The notes: generated from the letters alone by a model not told the origin. A stretch of 62,610 nucleotides of DNA from Gemmatimonadales bacterium (GCA_039794085.1 JBDIWC010000023.1:1-62610), one strand, 5' to 3'. Shown: positions 11,799 through 22,537, counted from the stretch's first letter. Numbers and translations: made by a program.

Positions 11799-12236
11799 AT
11801 GACTGCCACACGACGAACAACTGCCGCCCGCAAGGCCAAACCGAAGACCTCGGTGAAACCAGCGGCCAAGCCGGCGCCGGCCACCCGGCTGGTGTCCCTG
11901 CGTCTGCTGGCGCATGCCCGGTCGGGGGACAAGGGGGACACGGCCAATGTCGGGCTGATTGCGCTGGAGCCGGAGTACTACCCCCTCCTGGTGAAACAGG
12001 TCACCCGGAGCCGGGTGGCCCGGCACTTCAAGGGCATGGTGTCCGGCGTGGAGCGATTTGAACTCCCGAATCTCAATGCCCTGAACTTCCTGCTGCACGG
12101 AGCACTGGACGGCGGAGGGACGATCTCCCTTAAGACCGACGCCCAGGGAAAGGTGTACTCCACGGCGTTGTTGCGGATGGAGATTCCCGTTCCCGTGGTC
12201 CTGGCCCGGCGGCTGGCGGCGGCTGCGCGGGGGTGA
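11799..12236 (+). CDS. AtuA C-terminal-like small protein
   Basis: AHARSGDKGD.ANVG, V.RFELPNL.ALNF and D.QGK motifs; Ala/Lys/Pro-rich N-terminal tail. Confidence 0.82.
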   Translation: MTATRRTTAARKAKPKTSVKPAAKPAPATRLVSLRLLAHARSGDKGDTANVGLIALEPEYYPLLVKQVTRSRVARHFKGMVSGVERFELPNLNALNFLLHGALDGGGTISLKTDAQGKVYSTALLRMEIPVPVVLARRLAAAARG

Positions 12237-12427
12237 CCGTGCCGTTGGTGCGGCGACTCATGGCGGCTCGCCACGTCATTGCGGTCGTCGGACTCATCAC
12301 AGCCCTGGCCGGAGTGGGTCTGGACGATCGGCGGGTGACAGGCGTCGCCATCGTTCTGCTGGGAGTCGCGGCCGTGCTTCGGGTGATATGGGTGCGCCTT
12401 ACACGGGGCACCGAAGAACACTCCTGA
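12233..12427 (+). CDS. Small two-TM membrane protein, hypothetical
   Basis: GTGA overlap with the upstream stop; two hydrophobic segments. Confidence 0.5.
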   Translation: MTVPLVRRLMAARHVIAVVGLITALAGVGLDDRRVTGVAIVLLGVAAVLRVIWVRLTRGTEEHS

Positions 12428-12429
12428 TT

Positions 12430-12480
12430 CCCCTCCCCTTCACCCTTCAAACTTCGACCTTCGAACTTCGAACTTCGAAC
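12430..12480 (+). repeat. Heptamer array (CTTCRAA-type)
   Basis: CTTCACC CTTCAAA CTTCGAC CTTCGAA CTTCGAA CTTCGAA units. Confidence 0.8.
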
Positions 12481-12619
12481 GAGTTTCATCCCTCCTTCAG
12501 GATGCCTTCACGCGCCGTGCCCCAGTATGGAAGCACTCCCGGCCCACCGGGATGAGTCGCCCCCGACGGCGCGGTGACGGCCATCGCGCCGCCGGTCCAC
12601 CCCCGGACCGGAGCATGCC

Positions 12620-13774
12620 ATGGTCGACCTCCACCCCCCTCCCGGGTTCCTCGATGATCCCCTGGGAGAATCCCTCGCCCGGCGGGGGATATCCCGACGC
12701 GACTTTCTCGACTACTGCCGGTCAATCTGCGTCGTTCTCGGCGTCAGTTCCCTCGCGGCACCGAGGGTTGCCGCCGCGCTCCAGGCAGCCCAACGCCCCC
12801 CCGTGCTCTGGCTCCAGCTGCAGGAATGCACGGGATGCGTCGAGAGCGTTCTGCGCACCGCCGAGCCCACCATCGGGGATCTGGTGCTCGATCTCGTCTC
12901 CCTCGACTACCAGCACACCCTGATGGCGGCCGCCGGGACCGCGGCGGAGTCGGCCCTCCGGGCGTCGATGGAGGCGAATCGGGGGAAGTACCTTCTGGTG
13001 GTGACGGGGTCTGTCCCGCTGGGTGAGGATGGCATCTATCTGACCATCGGCGGCCGCACCGCCCGGGACGTTCTGGTGGAAGCCGCCGAGGGGGCCGCCG
13101 CGGTGATTGCCGTGGGCGCCTGTGCCCACTGGGGGAGCGTGCAGGCGGCACGCCCCAATCCGACCGGTGCGGTCGGGGTGCGGGATGTCATCCGCAACAA
13201 GCCGGTGATCAACATCGCCGGGTGCCCGCCGATCGGGGACGTCATCACGGCGACCGTGGTTCACTTTCTGACATTCGGGCGGCTTCCGGCCGTGGACGCG
13301 GAAGGACGGCCGCTGTTCGCCTACGGAGCGCGGATCCATGATCAATGCCCCCGGCGCGCCAACTTCGATGCCGGCCAGTATGTCGAGACCTTCGACGATG
13401 AGAACGCGCGCAAGGGGTACTGTCTCTACAGGGTGGGGTGCAAGGGACCCGCCACCTTTTCCCCCTGTCCCATCTTCCAGTGGAACACCCGTACCAGCTG
13501 GCCGATCGGGGCCGGGCACCCCTGCATCGGCTGCACCGAGCCATTCTTCTGGGACACGATGACACCCTTCTATGGGCGCCTGCCCGATGTCGGGGGCTTC
13601 GGAATCGAATCGAAGGTGGACCTCATCGGGGCTGCCGCGGCCATCGGGGCCACGGCCGGGGTGGCGGCCCATGCCATCGCCACCGGTGTCACCAACCTTC
13701 GGAAGCGCCGCGAGCTTCCGGTGGTCGAGGCCGGGGCCAGGACGACGGAGGAGGATACCCATGGCACGGACTAA
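12620..13774 (+). CDS. hyaA: [NiFe]-hydrogenase small subunit, Tat-exported, membrane-anchored
   Basis: SRRDFL Tat motif, ECTGC, GCPP, HDQC, CLY.VGCKGP, GHPCIGC and a C-terminal TM helix with His. Confidence 0.93.
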   Translation: MVDLHPPPGFLDDPLGESLARRGISRRDFLDYCRSICVVLGVSSLAAPRVAAALQAAQRPPVLWLQLQECTGCVESVLRTAEPTIGDLVLDLVSLDYQHTLMAAAGTAAESALRASMEANRGKYLLVVTGSVPLGEDGIYLTIGGRTARDVLVEAAEGAAAVIAVGACAHWGSVQAARPNPTGAVGVRDVIRNKPVINIAGCPPIGDVITATVVHFLTFGRLPAVDAEGRPLFAYGARIHDQCPRRANFDAGQYVETFDDENARKGYCLYRVGCKGPATFSPCPIFQWNTRTSWPIGAGHPCIGCTEPFFWDTMTPFYGRLPDVGGFGIESKVDLIGAAAAIGATAGVAAHAIATGVTNLRKRRELPVVEAGARTTEEDTHGTD

Positions 13775-15476
13775 GGTCGTCATCGATCCGATCACGCGCA
13801 TCGAGGGTCACCTCCGCATTGAAGTCCAGCAGGAGGATGGCCGCATCCGGGATGCCTGGGCCAGCGCCACGCAGTTCCGGGGCATCGAACAGATCATGAT
13901 CGGACGGGATCCGCGGGATGCCTGGGCCTTCACCCAACGGATCTGCGGAGTCTGCACGGTGGTGCACGCGGTGGCCTCCTGCCGGGCCGTGGAGGACGCG
14001 CTGGACATCACCATTCCCCCCAACGCGAACCTGATCCGCAATCTGATCCATGGCATGCAGTTCGTGCAGGATCACGTCATCCACTTCTACCATCTCCACG
14101 CCCTGGACTGGGTGGACGTCACCAGTGCCCTCCGGGCCAGTCCGGACGCCACTGCGGCGGTGGCGCGGAAGATCTCCCCCTGGCCCCATAATTCGGCGAC
14201 CTATTTCGAAGAGGTGCGGCAACGGCTCACCCGGTTCGTCTCCGGGGGTCAGCTCGGGATCTTCACCAACGGGTATTGGGGCCACCCCGCCTACCGGCTC
14301 CCGCCCGAGGTGAATCTCCTGGCGGTGGCCCACTACCTCGAGGCACTCGACTGGCAGCGGGACGTGATCCGGCTCCACGCCGTGTTCGGCGGGAAGAACC
14401 CCCATCCCAACTTCCTCGTGGGTGGCATGGCCTCGGCGATCAACCTGGATGACACCGCCACCATCAACACCGAACGCCTGACCGACCTGCGGGACATGAT
14501 CACCCGCGCGCGGCGGTTTGTGGAAGAGGTGTACTGGCCCGATCTGCTCGCGATCGCCGGCTACTACAAGGAGTGGGCTGCGATTGGGGGTGGGCTCCGG
14601 AACTATCTCGCCTGCGGGGAGTTTCCCGAAGGGGACATCCGCGACCCCTCCACACTCTACCTTCCCCGGGGAATCATCCTCGACCGGGATCTCTCGACCG
14701 TGGCGCCGTACGACCCGGACAAGGTCAAGGAGTACATCTCCAGTTCCTGGTATGAGTACAGCGGGGGAGACGCGGTCGGCCTGCACCCGTTCGAGGGAGA
14801 GACGAAGGCCCGGTACACCGGTCCTCCCACCCCGTGGCAGTATCTCCAGGACGAGCCAAAGTACACCTGGATGAAGGCACCGCGGTATGACGGGAAGGCC
14901 ATGGAGGTGGGGCCTCTCTCCCGCATGCTGGTGGCCTATGCGAGCGGGCACGCGGAGGCGCGGGACCTCGTCGGCGAAACGCTGGGTCGCCTCGAGGTGG
15001 GACCCGCCGCTCTCTTTTCCACGCTGGGACGCACCGCGGCACGGGGCATCGAGACCGTTCTCCTGGCCCGCCGCATGGAAACCTGGTTCGATCAACTGGT
15101 GGACCGGATCCGGAGTGGCGATACCACCACCTTCACGAAATCGCGCTGGGAGCCCGACACCTGGCCGCGCGAGGCCCAGGGGTACGGGTATCTCGACGCG
15201 CCTCGGGGGGCCCTCGGGCACTGGGTGCAGATCCGGGACGGGAAGATCTCCCGCTATCAGTGCGTCGTTCCCACGACATGGAACGCGTCTCCGCGGGATC
15301 CCGACGGAGGGGTGGGAGCGTACGAGGCGGCCCTGACGGACAATCACCCGCTGGCCATTCCGGACCAGCCGCTGGAGATTCTCCGAACCGTGCATTCGTT
15401 CGACCCGTGCATCGCCTGTGGTGTTCATGTGCTCGACGCCACCGGGCGTGAGCTCACGCGGGTGAAGGCGGTATGA
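13761..15476 (+). CDS. hyaB: [NiFe]-hydrogenase large subunit (group 1)
   Basis: DPITRIEGH, L1 RICGVC, L2 DPCIACGVH followed by a cleavable C-terminal tail. Confidence 0.95.
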   Translation: MARTKVVIDPITRIEGHLRIEVQQEDGRIRDAWASATQFRGIEQIMIGRDPRDAWAFTQRICGVCTVVHAVASCRAVEDALDITIPPNANLIRNLIHGMQFVQDHVIHFYHLHALDWVDVTSALRASPDATAAVARKISPWPHNSATYFEEVRQRLTRFVSGGQLGIFTNGYWGHPAYRLPPEVNLLAVAHYLEALDWQRDVIRLHAVFGGKNPHPNFLVGGMASAINLDDTATINTERLTDLRDMITRARRFVEEVYWPDLLAIAGYYKEWAAIGGGLRNYLACGEFPEGDIRDPSTLYLPRGIILDRDLSTVAPYDPDKVKEYISSSWYEYSGGDAVGLHPFEGETKARYTGPPTPWQYLQDEPKYTWMKAPRYDGKAMEVGPLSRMLVAYASGHAEARDLVGETLGRLEVGPAALFSTLGRTAARGIETVLLARRMETWFDQLVDRIRSGDTTTFTKSRWEPDTWPREAQGYGYLDAPRGALGHWVQIRDGKISRYQCVVPTTWNASPRDPDGGVGAYEAALTDNHPLAIPDQPLEILRTVHSFDPCIACGVHVLDATGRELTRVKAV

Positions 15477-16216
15477 CGGCCACCGCTCCTCCGTCCCGCC
15501 GGGGACCCCCGGGGCCTCGTCCCGAGCGGGCACCCCGGGCGGGATATCGCCCCGTGTACCTCTGGCACTGGGCCATTCGCCTCATGCACTGGGTCTCCGC
15601 GCTGGCGATCGTGGTGCTCGTGATAACCGGGTTCTACATCGGGCGACCCTACTTCATGACCGGGGGGGAGGCGAGTTCGCACTTTCTGATGGGGTGGATG
15701 CGCTTCCTGCACTTCGCCGCGGCGGGAATCCTGATCGCCACGGGGATTGTGCGGGTCTACTGGCTCTTCGTCGGCAATCGGTACGAGCGGTGGACCGCGC
15801 TGCTGCCGGTGCGTTCCCAGGACTGGCGTCACATGGGGTTGGTGATCCGGAAGTACCTCTTCATCCGGCCGGAGGAGACTCCCCACTGGCTGGGGCACAA
15901 TCCATTGCAACAATTGAGCTACACGGGCCTCTACGCCCTGGTGATCCTGCAGATCGTCACCGGGTTCGCGATGTACGGGCTGGCCGAACCGGGGGGCTTT
16001 TTCGCGCTCACCTTCGGGTGGGTGGGTCCCTTCTTCGGGGGAATCCAGGTCGTCCGCTTCGTCCACCACGTGGCCACGTGGGCCTTCCTCGTCTTCATCC
16101 CGATCCATGTCCACCTCAGTACCCGGGCCGACCTGACTCACAAGGAGGCCCGGGTGTCTTCCGTGATCGGTGGCTTCCGGTTCGTCCGGGACGACCTGGA
16201 TTACATCGATGACTGA
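15473..16216 (+). CDS. hyaC: Ni/Fe-hydrogenase b-type cytochrome subunit
   Basis: RLMHW, RFLHF, HNPLQQ.SY and VHH heme-ligand motifs; TM helices; operon position. Confidence 0.92.
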   Translation: MTATAPPSRRGPPGPRPERAPRAGYRPVYLWHWAIRLMHWVSALAIVVLVITGFYIGRPYFMTGGEASSHFLMGWMRFLHFAAAGILIATGIVRVYWLFVGNRYERWTALLPVRSQDWRHMGLVIRKYLFIRPEETPHWLGHNPLQQLSYTGLYALVILQIVTGFAMYGLAEPGGFFALTFGWVGPFFGGIQVVRFVHHVATWAFLVFIPIHVHLSTRADLTHKEARVSSVIGGFRFVRDDLDYIDD

Positions 16217-16730
16217 CCGGGGCGGCGAGATCCTCGTGATCGGGCTCGGAAGCCCTCTCATGGGAGATGACGGACTCGGCCTCGTAGCTCTGGAGCAGCT
16301 TCGAGCCGCCGGGGTACCCGCTGGGGTGACCCTGGCGGACGGGGGAACCTGGGGCCTCAACCTTCTGCCCATGATTGAGGCCGCCGATCGCGTGCTCTTC
16401 CTCGACGCCGTGCACGGCGGACTGAAGCCGGGTCAGGTGTCGATTCTGGAGCGGAAAGTCATTCCGCAGCACCTGCAGACCAAGCTTTCTCCCCACCAGA
16501 TCGATCTGCGGGAGGTGCTGGCGGTGGCCGAGTTCCGCGGGACGCTGCCGAAGGAGATGCTGGTTGTCGGAATGGAGCCCGAGTCGGTGGAGTTGCGGAC
16601 CGGATTGAGTCCGGTCATCCAGGGCCACCTCACCGACCTGCTCCACGCAGTGCGGGCTCAACTGGAGGAGTGGGGCGGCCGTGACGAGATCTCCCCGTCG
16701 ATCCACCCACCCGCGCCATGCATGAACTGA
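16209..16730 (+). CDS. hyaD: Hydrogenase maturation endopeptidase (HyaD/HybD family)
   Basis: IGLGS.LMGDDG.G, DGGT.G, FLDAV and SPHQ motifs. Confidence 0.9.
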   Translation: MTDRGGEILVIGLGSPLMGDDGLGLVALEQLRAAGVPAGVTLADGGTWGLNLLPMIEAADRVLFLDAVHGGLKPGQVSILERKVIPQHLQTKLSPHQIDLREVLAVAEFRGTLPKEMLVVGMEPESVELRTGLSPVIQGHLTDLLHAVRAQLEEWGGRDEISPSIHPPAPCMN

Positions 16731-16975
16731 GCCTGGCCATGGAGGTGTGCCGGGTGACCGCGGAGCACATGGTCTCCCTTGAGGGACAGCTCGTGGGCGT
16801 GGGAGTCGAAGTGGGAGACGATGCCGGAATCGAGCCCGGGAACTTTGCCTTCTGCCTCGAGGCCCTGCTGGCAGGACCCCCCTTCGACGGGGCCCGGTTG
16901 GAGATCATTCCGGCTCGGGGCGACGTATTGCGACTTCACCATCTGGAGGTGGACGATGGCCGTCCGGACAATTGA
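16718..16975 (+). CDS. hypA: Nickel metallochaperone HypA, short form without the Zn domain
   Basis: MHE Ni-binding N-terminus, position before hypB, no CxxC pairs. Confidence 0.8.
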   Translation: MHELSLAMEVCRVTAEHMVSLEGQLVGVGVEVGDDAGIEPGNFAFCLEALLAGPPFDGARLEIIPARGDVLRLHHLEVDDGRPDN

Positions 16976-17624
16976 GATCCGCGAACGCGTGATGGCGCGG
17001 AACGACGCCCTCGCGGCCGACCTGCGGGGTACCCTCGAGAGGGCGGGAATCACGGCCCTCAACCTGATTTCCTCCCCGGGGTCGGGGAAGACCGCGCTCC
17101 TCGAGCGAACCCTGGCGGCCCTCGGTGAGGAACTCGGCATCGCCGTCGTCACCGGAGACGTCCAGACCCAGAATGATGCCGATCGCCTGGCTCGGCACAC
17201 CGACCGCCTGGTGCAGGCCGTGGTCACCAACGGTGCTTGCCACCTCGATTCCGCCCAGATTACCGATGCCCTCACGGCGGTGGACCTGGCCCGCACCCGG
17301 TTGCTCCTGATCGAAAACGTCGGCAACCTGGTCTGTCCCGCCTCCTGGGACCTGGGTGAGGCCGCCAAGGTCGTGGTGTTCTCCGTCACCGAGGGCGAAG
17401 ACAAGCCGCTCAAGTATCCGAAGGTGTTTCGCATGGCCCGCTACGCCGTGCTGAACAAGGTGGATCTTCTCCCTCACCTCTCCTTCGATGCCGATCTGGC
17501 CGTGGCCAATGCCCTCGCGGTGAACCCTGACCTGGAGTTCTTCCGGACCTCGGCGGTGACCGGGGAGGGCTTGGAGGGGTGGTTCGGGCTTCTGCGACGA
17601 CTGACTCCGGTCGGGGTGGCGTGA
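16956..17624 (+). CDS. hypB: Hydrogenase nickel incorporation GTPase HypB
   Basis: SSPGSGKT, CHLD, ENVGNLVCPA, EGEDKPLKYP and NKVD motifs. Confidence 0.95.
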   Translation: MAVRTIEIRERVMARNDALAADLRGTLERAGITALNLISSPGSGKTALLERTLAALGEELGIAVVTGDVQTQNDADRLARHTDRLVQAVVTNGACHLDSAQITDALTAVDLARTRLLLIENVGNLVCPASWDLGEAAKVVVFSVTEGEDKPLKYPKVFRMARYAVLNKVDLLPHLSFDADLAVANALAVNPDLEFFRTSAVTGEGLEGWFGLLRRLTPVGVA

Positions 17625-19960
17625 TCGCAGCCGACGCCCCGGCCTCGGCCAGGCAGATCCGGGTCTACGGACTCGCGCAGGGGGTCGGATTCCGGCCCTT
17701 TGTGCACCGACTCGCCCGGGAGCATGGCGTGCGGGGATGGGTCCGGAACCGCAATGGGGATGTGGAGATCTTCGTCGAGGGAACAGACGGGACTCTGGAG
17801 GAATTCCTGCGCGCGGTGCGGAGCGAAGCCCCGCCCCTGGCCCGCATCGAGCGGCTCGATGTGCGGCGGGTCACCCCCGAAGGGAGCCCGTCCTTCACCA
17901 TTCTGGCCAGTGATGAGGTCGAACAGGGGCCTCAACCGGTCCCTCCCGACGCCGGGATCTGTGAGCCGTGCGCCGCCGAACTCGCCGATCCCGGGAACCG
18001 CCGGTTCCGCCATCCGTTCATCACCTGCACCGATTGCGGGCCCCGCGCCACGGTCATCGCGGCGATGCCCTACGACCGGGAGCGGACCAGCATGGCGGTC
18101 TTCCCGCTCTGCCCGGCCTGTCGCGCCGAGTACGAGGCACCCGGAGATCGGCGGCATCACGCCGAGAGTGTCTGCTGTCCCGACTGCGGGCCCCGGCTCT
18201 GGTTCGAGGTGTTTCATCCGGAGGAGGAGCGGGGCTCGATCGAAGGTTCCGGGTTCAGCGATCCGATCCGAATGGCCGCATCACGGATCGCTGCCGGAGA
18301 GATCGTGGCCATCCGGGGGCTGGGTGGCTTCCAGCTCGCCGTCGATGCCACCTCCGAGTCGGCAGTCAGGAGACTGCGCGAGCGGAAGCATCGGGAGGAC
18401 AAACCCTTCGCCGTGATGGTCCGGTCGCTGGAGGAAGCCCGGCGGTGGGCGATCGTGGACGACACGGCGGCGGCTCCACTCCAGTCGTCGGCCCGGCCGA
18501 TCGTCCTCCTTCCCGCTCGGACCGGGGTCGGAATCGCCCGATCTGTGGCCCAGGGTCTCACCCACATTGGCCTCATGCTCCCCTCGACTCCGGTTCATGC
18601 CCTCCTCCTCGGGGCGGCATCCGTCCCCCTCGTCATGACGAGTGGCAACCGGAGCGGCTGCCCGATCGCCATCAGCAATGACGAAGCCCGGGATCAGCTC
18701 GGCACTATCGCGGATGGGTTTCTGCTTCATGATCGCGAGATCCTCGATCGCCACGATGACTCGGTGGTTCGCCCGTCACCTTCCGGTCCGATCCTGGTGC
18801 GGAGAGCGCGGGGATATGCGCCCACCGGACTCCCCCTGCCCATCGCCGTCGGCGAGCCCCTTCTGGCCGTTGGAGCTCATCTCAAGAACACGCTCACTCT
18901 CGCGTGCGGGGACCAGGCCTGGGTGAGCCAGCACCTGGGGGATCTGGAGACGCTGGAGGCGGCGGAGCATGTCGACCGGACCCGGCGGCGCATGCAGGAG
19001 GTGTTTCGGATCGAGCCGAGGGTCGTGGCACACGACCTCCACCCCGGTTACCTGTCGACTCGGTTTGCCGAACGGTTCCCGGCCGGCCTGCGCATGGGAG
19101 TGCAGCACCACCATGCCCACGTGGCCGCGGTGATGGCGGAGCATCACCTCGCCGGTCCCGTTCTGGGCCTGGCGCTGGATGGAACCGGATACGGAGACGA
19201 TGGCCACATCTGGGGCGGGGAACTGCTTCTTGCCACGCTGACGGACTATCAGCGGCTCGGTCACCTTCGCTACCTCCCGCTTCCCGGCGGTGATCTCGCC
19301 GTGCGGTCCCCCTGGCGCTCGGCACTCGGCGCGCTTGCGGGTGCCCCCGATGCGGAGGATGCTTTCGCGCACGCCTTCGCGGGGATCGCCGCTGAGGAGG
19401 TCGATCTGGCACGGGAGCAGATTCGCCGCGGGATCAACACTCCTCTCGCCTCCTCGATGGGGCGCGTCTTCGACGCGGCCGCCGCGGTTCTCGGGGTGCG
19501 GCGGATCTCCCGGTATGAGGCGCAGGCGGCGATGGAGCTCGAGGCTCTCGCGGGGTCACGTCCCGCGTCGGAACGGGATCTGGCCCTGGTGGAGGTGGAT
19601 GGCCGCGACGTGGTGGATTGCGTCCCGCTGCTGGTTCATCTCGGGTGGTTGAGGCAGCGTGGTGCCGATGTGGCGGACCTGGCGGCCGACTTTCACGCCA
19701 CCGTGGCCTGGGGGATGAGCAATCTTGTGCTGAGAGCGGTGGAGCAGACCGGAGTGCGGACCGTCGTCCTGTGCGGGGGCGTGTTCCAGAACGCCCGGAT
19801 TCTCACGTCAATTGCGCAGCGTCTCCAGGGTGCCAAACTGGAGGTCCTTATCCCGCACCGTCTCGGCCCCGGGGACGGCGCCATCAGTTATGGCCAAGCG
19901 GTGGTGGCGGCCGCGCGGCTCGCTGGGGGAACCCGCAGTTCCACGCGAGGAGGTCACTGA
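17621..19960 (+). CDS. hypF: Carbamoyltransferase HypF
   Basis: QGVGFRPF acylphosphatase domain, Zn-finger CxxC pairs, HDLHP, QHHHAH and DGTGYG motifs. Confidence 0.95.
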   Translation: MIAADAPASARQIRVYGLAQGVGFRPFVHRLAREHGVRGWVRNRNGDVEIFVEGTDGTLEEFLRAVRSEAPPLARIERLDVRRVTPEGSPSFTILASDEVEQGPQPVPPDAGICEPCAAELADPGNRRFRHPFITCTDCGPRATVIAAMPYDRERTSMAVFPLCPACRAEYEAPGDRRHHAESVCCPDCGPRLWFEVFHPEEERGSIEGSGFSDPIRMAASRIAAGEIVAIRGLGGFQLAVDATSESAVRRLRERKHREDKPFAVMVRSLEEARRWAIVDDTAAAPLQSSARPIVLLPARTGVGIARSVAQGLTHIGLMLPSTPVHALLLGAASVPLVMTSGNRSGCPIAISNDEARDQLGTIADGFLLHDREILDRHDDSVVRPSPSGPILVRRARGYAPTGLPLPIAVGEPLLAVGAHLKNTLTLACGDQAWVSQHLGDLETLEAAEHVDRTRRRMQEVFRIEPRVVAHDLHPGYLSTRFAERFPAGLRMGVQHHHAHVAAVMAEHHLAGPVLGLALDGTGYGDDGHIWGGELLLATLTDYQRLGHLRYLPLPGGDLAVRSPWRSALGALAGAPDAEDAFAHAFAGIAAEEVDLAREQIRRGINTPLASSMGRVFDAAAAVLGVRRISRYEAQAAMELEALAGSRPASERDLALVEVDGRDVVDCVPLLVHLGWLRQRGADVADLAADFHATVAWGMSNLVLRAVEQTGVRTVVLCGGVFQNARILTSIAQRLQGAKLEVLIPHRLGPGDGAISYGQAVVAAARLAGGTRSSTRGGH

Positions 19961-20226
19961 TGTGTCTCGGCATTCCGGGCCGGGTGGTCGACCTGCGGGA
20001 TGACCAGGGTCTTCTCATGGGGACCATTGATTTTGGCGGGGTGCAGCGGGACGTCTGCTTCGAATACCTCGCCGGTGACATCAAGGCCGGGGACTACGCC
20101 ATCGTTCATGTGGGTTTCGCGATCTCCCGGGTCGATGAGGAGGAGGCGAGGCGAACCTACGAGGCCCTGCGCGAGATGAGCCAACTCGACGAGCTGGAGT
20201 GGCTCCGGGAAGTGGGCTTCCCATGA
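19960..20226 (+). CDS. hypC: Hydrogenase chaperone HypC
   Basis: MCLGIPG start and VHVGFAI. Confidence 0.95.
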   Translation: MCLGIPGRVVDLRDDQGLLMGTIDFGGVQRDVCFEYLAGDIKAGDYAIVHVGFAISRVDEEEARRTYEALREMSQLDELEWLREVGFP

Positions 20227-21464
20227 AATTCCTGGATGAATACCGTGATGGAGCGCTGGCCCGGGGCCTCGTGGACCGGATTCGTGCCACGGCGACCCGC
20301 TCGTGGACCTTGATGGAAGTCTGTGGAGGTCAGACCCATACGATCGTGCGGCAGGGAATCGATGAAGCACTGGAGGGCGCGGTCGAGATGATTCACGGCC
20401 CGGGATGTCCCGTGTGCGTGACTCCCCTGGAACAGATCGACAAGGCATTGCTCCTGGCCCAGAGACCCGAGGTCATCTTTACCTCCTTCGGGGACATGCT
20501 CCGGGTGCCGGGCAGCACCTGCGACCTGCTTCAGGTGCGGGCCCGCGGGGGGACGGTCCGCATCGTCTACTCGCCGCTCGATGCCCTGGAATTGGCGCGC
20601 CGCCATCCCGACCGGGAAGTCGTCTTCTTTGCCGTCGGATTCGAGACCACGGCACCTGCCAACGCCATGGCGGTGTGGCGGGCCCGGGAACTGGGCATCG
20701 GGAACTTCAGCGTTCTCGTCTCCCACGTCACTGTTCCGCCTGCCATCACCGCTGTCCTGGAGGTGCCCGATGTGCGGGTCCAGGGGTTCCTGGCGGCGGG
20801 GCATGTGTGCACCGTGATGGGGTGGGAGGAGTACGAGCCGATTGCGGAGCGCTATCGGGTGCCCATCGTGGTCACGGGGTTCGAGCCGGTGGACATTCTG
20901 GAGGGGATCCTGATGGCGGTGAAGCAGCTCGAAGCGGGTCGGCACGATGTGGAGAACCAGTATATCCGCGCGGTGCAGCGGCAGGGAACGGTACCGGCTC
21001 GAACGCTGGTGGAGAAGGTGTTCACGCTGGTCGACCGGACCTGGAGGGGGTTGGGTGTGATTCCCGCCTCTGGCCTGGGCCTCCGGGATGAGTTCGCCGA
21101 GTTCGACGCCGAACGCCGGTTCGGTCTGGGCTCGATGCATGTGTCGGAGCCCGAGGCCTGTCAGGCCGGCGCCGTGCTCTCGGGCAGGATCAAGCCTCCC
21201 GCCTGTGCCGCTTTCGGAACCGCGTGCACACCGGACCAACCGCTCGGGGCTCCAATGGTCTCCTCCGAGGGTGCGTGCGCGGCCTACTATCAGTACGGTC
21301 GGCTCCGGGTCGGGTCGCACCCTTCCGGGGGAGCCGGGGACAGGGGAGAGGGAATTCGGACGGACTCGGAACGTCACCCCGGCGCACGCCGGGGTCCATC
21401 CCTCCTGGATGTCCGGGAGCAGACCCTGTCAGGGGTTCAGGGGGAAGGGCAAGGATGGCCATGA
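20223..21464 (+). CDS. hypD: Hydrogenase formation protein HypD
   Basis: [23 protein letters not shown] and [12 protein letters not shown] motifs. Confidence 0.95.
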   Translation: MKFLDEYRDGALARGLVDRIRATATRSWTLMEVCGGQTHTIVRQGIDEALEGAVEMIHGPGCPVCVTPLEQIDKALLLAQRPEVIFTSFGDMLRVPGSTCDLLQVRARGGTVRIVYSPLDALELARRHPDREVVFFAVGFETTAPANAMAVWRARELGIGNFSVLVSHVTVPPAITAVLEVPDVRVQGFLAAGHVCTVMGWEEYEPIAERYRVPIVVTGFEPVDILEGILMAVKQLEAGRHDVENQYIRAVQRQGTVPARTLVEKVFTLVDRTWRGLGVIPASGLGLRDEFAEFDAERRFGLGSMHVSEPEACQAGAVLSGRIKPPACAAFGTACTPDQPLGAPMVSSEGACAAYYQYGRLRVGSHPSGGAGDRGEGIRTDSERHPGARRGPSLLDVREQTLSGVQGEGQGWP

Positions 21465-22537
21465 CCGCCACAAGTGAGTTCCGCGGCGTCCTGGCCTGCG
21501 CCCTCCCGCATCCCGAGGGCGAGCGGGTCCAACTGGGGCATGGGTCGGGGGGCAGACTCTCGGCGGCACTGTTCCGCGATCGTTTCCTCCCGCACTTCCG
21601 GAACCCCGAACTGGAGCGATTGGGAGACGGTGCCGTGCTGCACCTGTCGAACGGACGGGGGTCGGGAACCGAGGTGGTCTTTTCGACCGACACCTTCGTC
21701 GTGTCGCCGCTCGAGTTTCCCGGCGGCAACATCGGGTCGCTCGCGGTGCATGGCACGGTGAATGATCTCGCCATGATGGGGGGCACCCCGCAGTATCTCT
21801 CGGCCGGTTTCGTTCTGGAGGAGGGACTTTCCTTCGATCTGCTCGACCGGATCGTGGCCTCCATGGGGGAGGCCGCCCGGGAGGCGGGGGTGCTGTTGGT
21901 GACGGGAGACACCAAGGTGGTCGAGCGCGGCAAGGCCGACGGCCTCTACGTCAACACCACCGGGATCGGTGTCGTGTCGCCGGAGTTCCGGCCCGCACCG
22001 GACCGGGCCAGGGAAGGGGACGCCGTGCTCGTGAGCGGGCCGATCGGCAGGCACGGAATGGCCATCATGGCGGCCCGAGAGGACCTGGGGCTCCGCACCA
22101 CCATCGAGAGCGACAGCGCCTCTCTCTTCCCCCTCGTCACCCGGCTCCGGGATGCCCTGGGCGATGACGTACGGGTGCTTCGCGATGCCACCAGGGGAGG
22201 TGTGGCCAGCGCACTGAACGAGATTGCTGCAGCATCAGGGGTGGGCATCTCTCTGGGAACAACCATTCCTGTACCGCCTGCGGTGCACGCGGCGTGTGAG
22301 ATGCTCGGCCTCGATCCGCTCTACGTGGCCAACGAGGGCGTCCTGGTGGCCCTGGTGCCGAGCGACAGGGCGGAGGAGGCCCGGGACGCTTTGCGGGGCC
22401 ACCCGCTGGGCCGCAAGGCGGCGGTCATCGGCCGGGCGGTCGGAGATCACCCCGGGATGGTCGTGATGCGCACCGGGCTCGGCGGGAGCCGGATCGTGGA
22501 CCTGCTTCCGGGGGATCAGCTGCCGCGGATCTGCTGA
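21455..22537 (+). CDS. hypE: Carbamoyl dehydratase HypE
   Basis: HGSGG, GDTKVV, DATRGG and C-terminal LPRIC. Confidence 0.95.
   Translation: MAMTATSEFRGVLACALPHPEGERVQLGHGSGGRLSAALFRDRFLPHFRNPELERLGDGAVLHLSNGRGSGTEVVFSTDTFVVSPLEFPGGNIGSLAVHGTVNDLAMMGGTPQYLSAGFVLEEGLSFDLLDRIVASMGEAAREAGVLLVTGDTKVVERGKADGLYVNTTGIGVVSPEFRPAPDRAREGDAVLVSGPIGRHGMAIMAAREDLGLRTTIESDSASLFPLVTRLRDALGDDVRVLRDATRGGVASALNEIAAASGVGISLGTTIPVPPAVHAACEMLGLDPLYVANEGVLVALVPSDRAEEARDALRGHPLGRKAAVIGRAVGDHPGMVVMRTGLGGSRIVDLLPGDQLPRIC

Noticed and set aside
13761..15476. [NiFeSe] hydrogenase
   Set aside because: The L2 motif is DPCIAC with ordinary Cys codons and no in-frame TGA.
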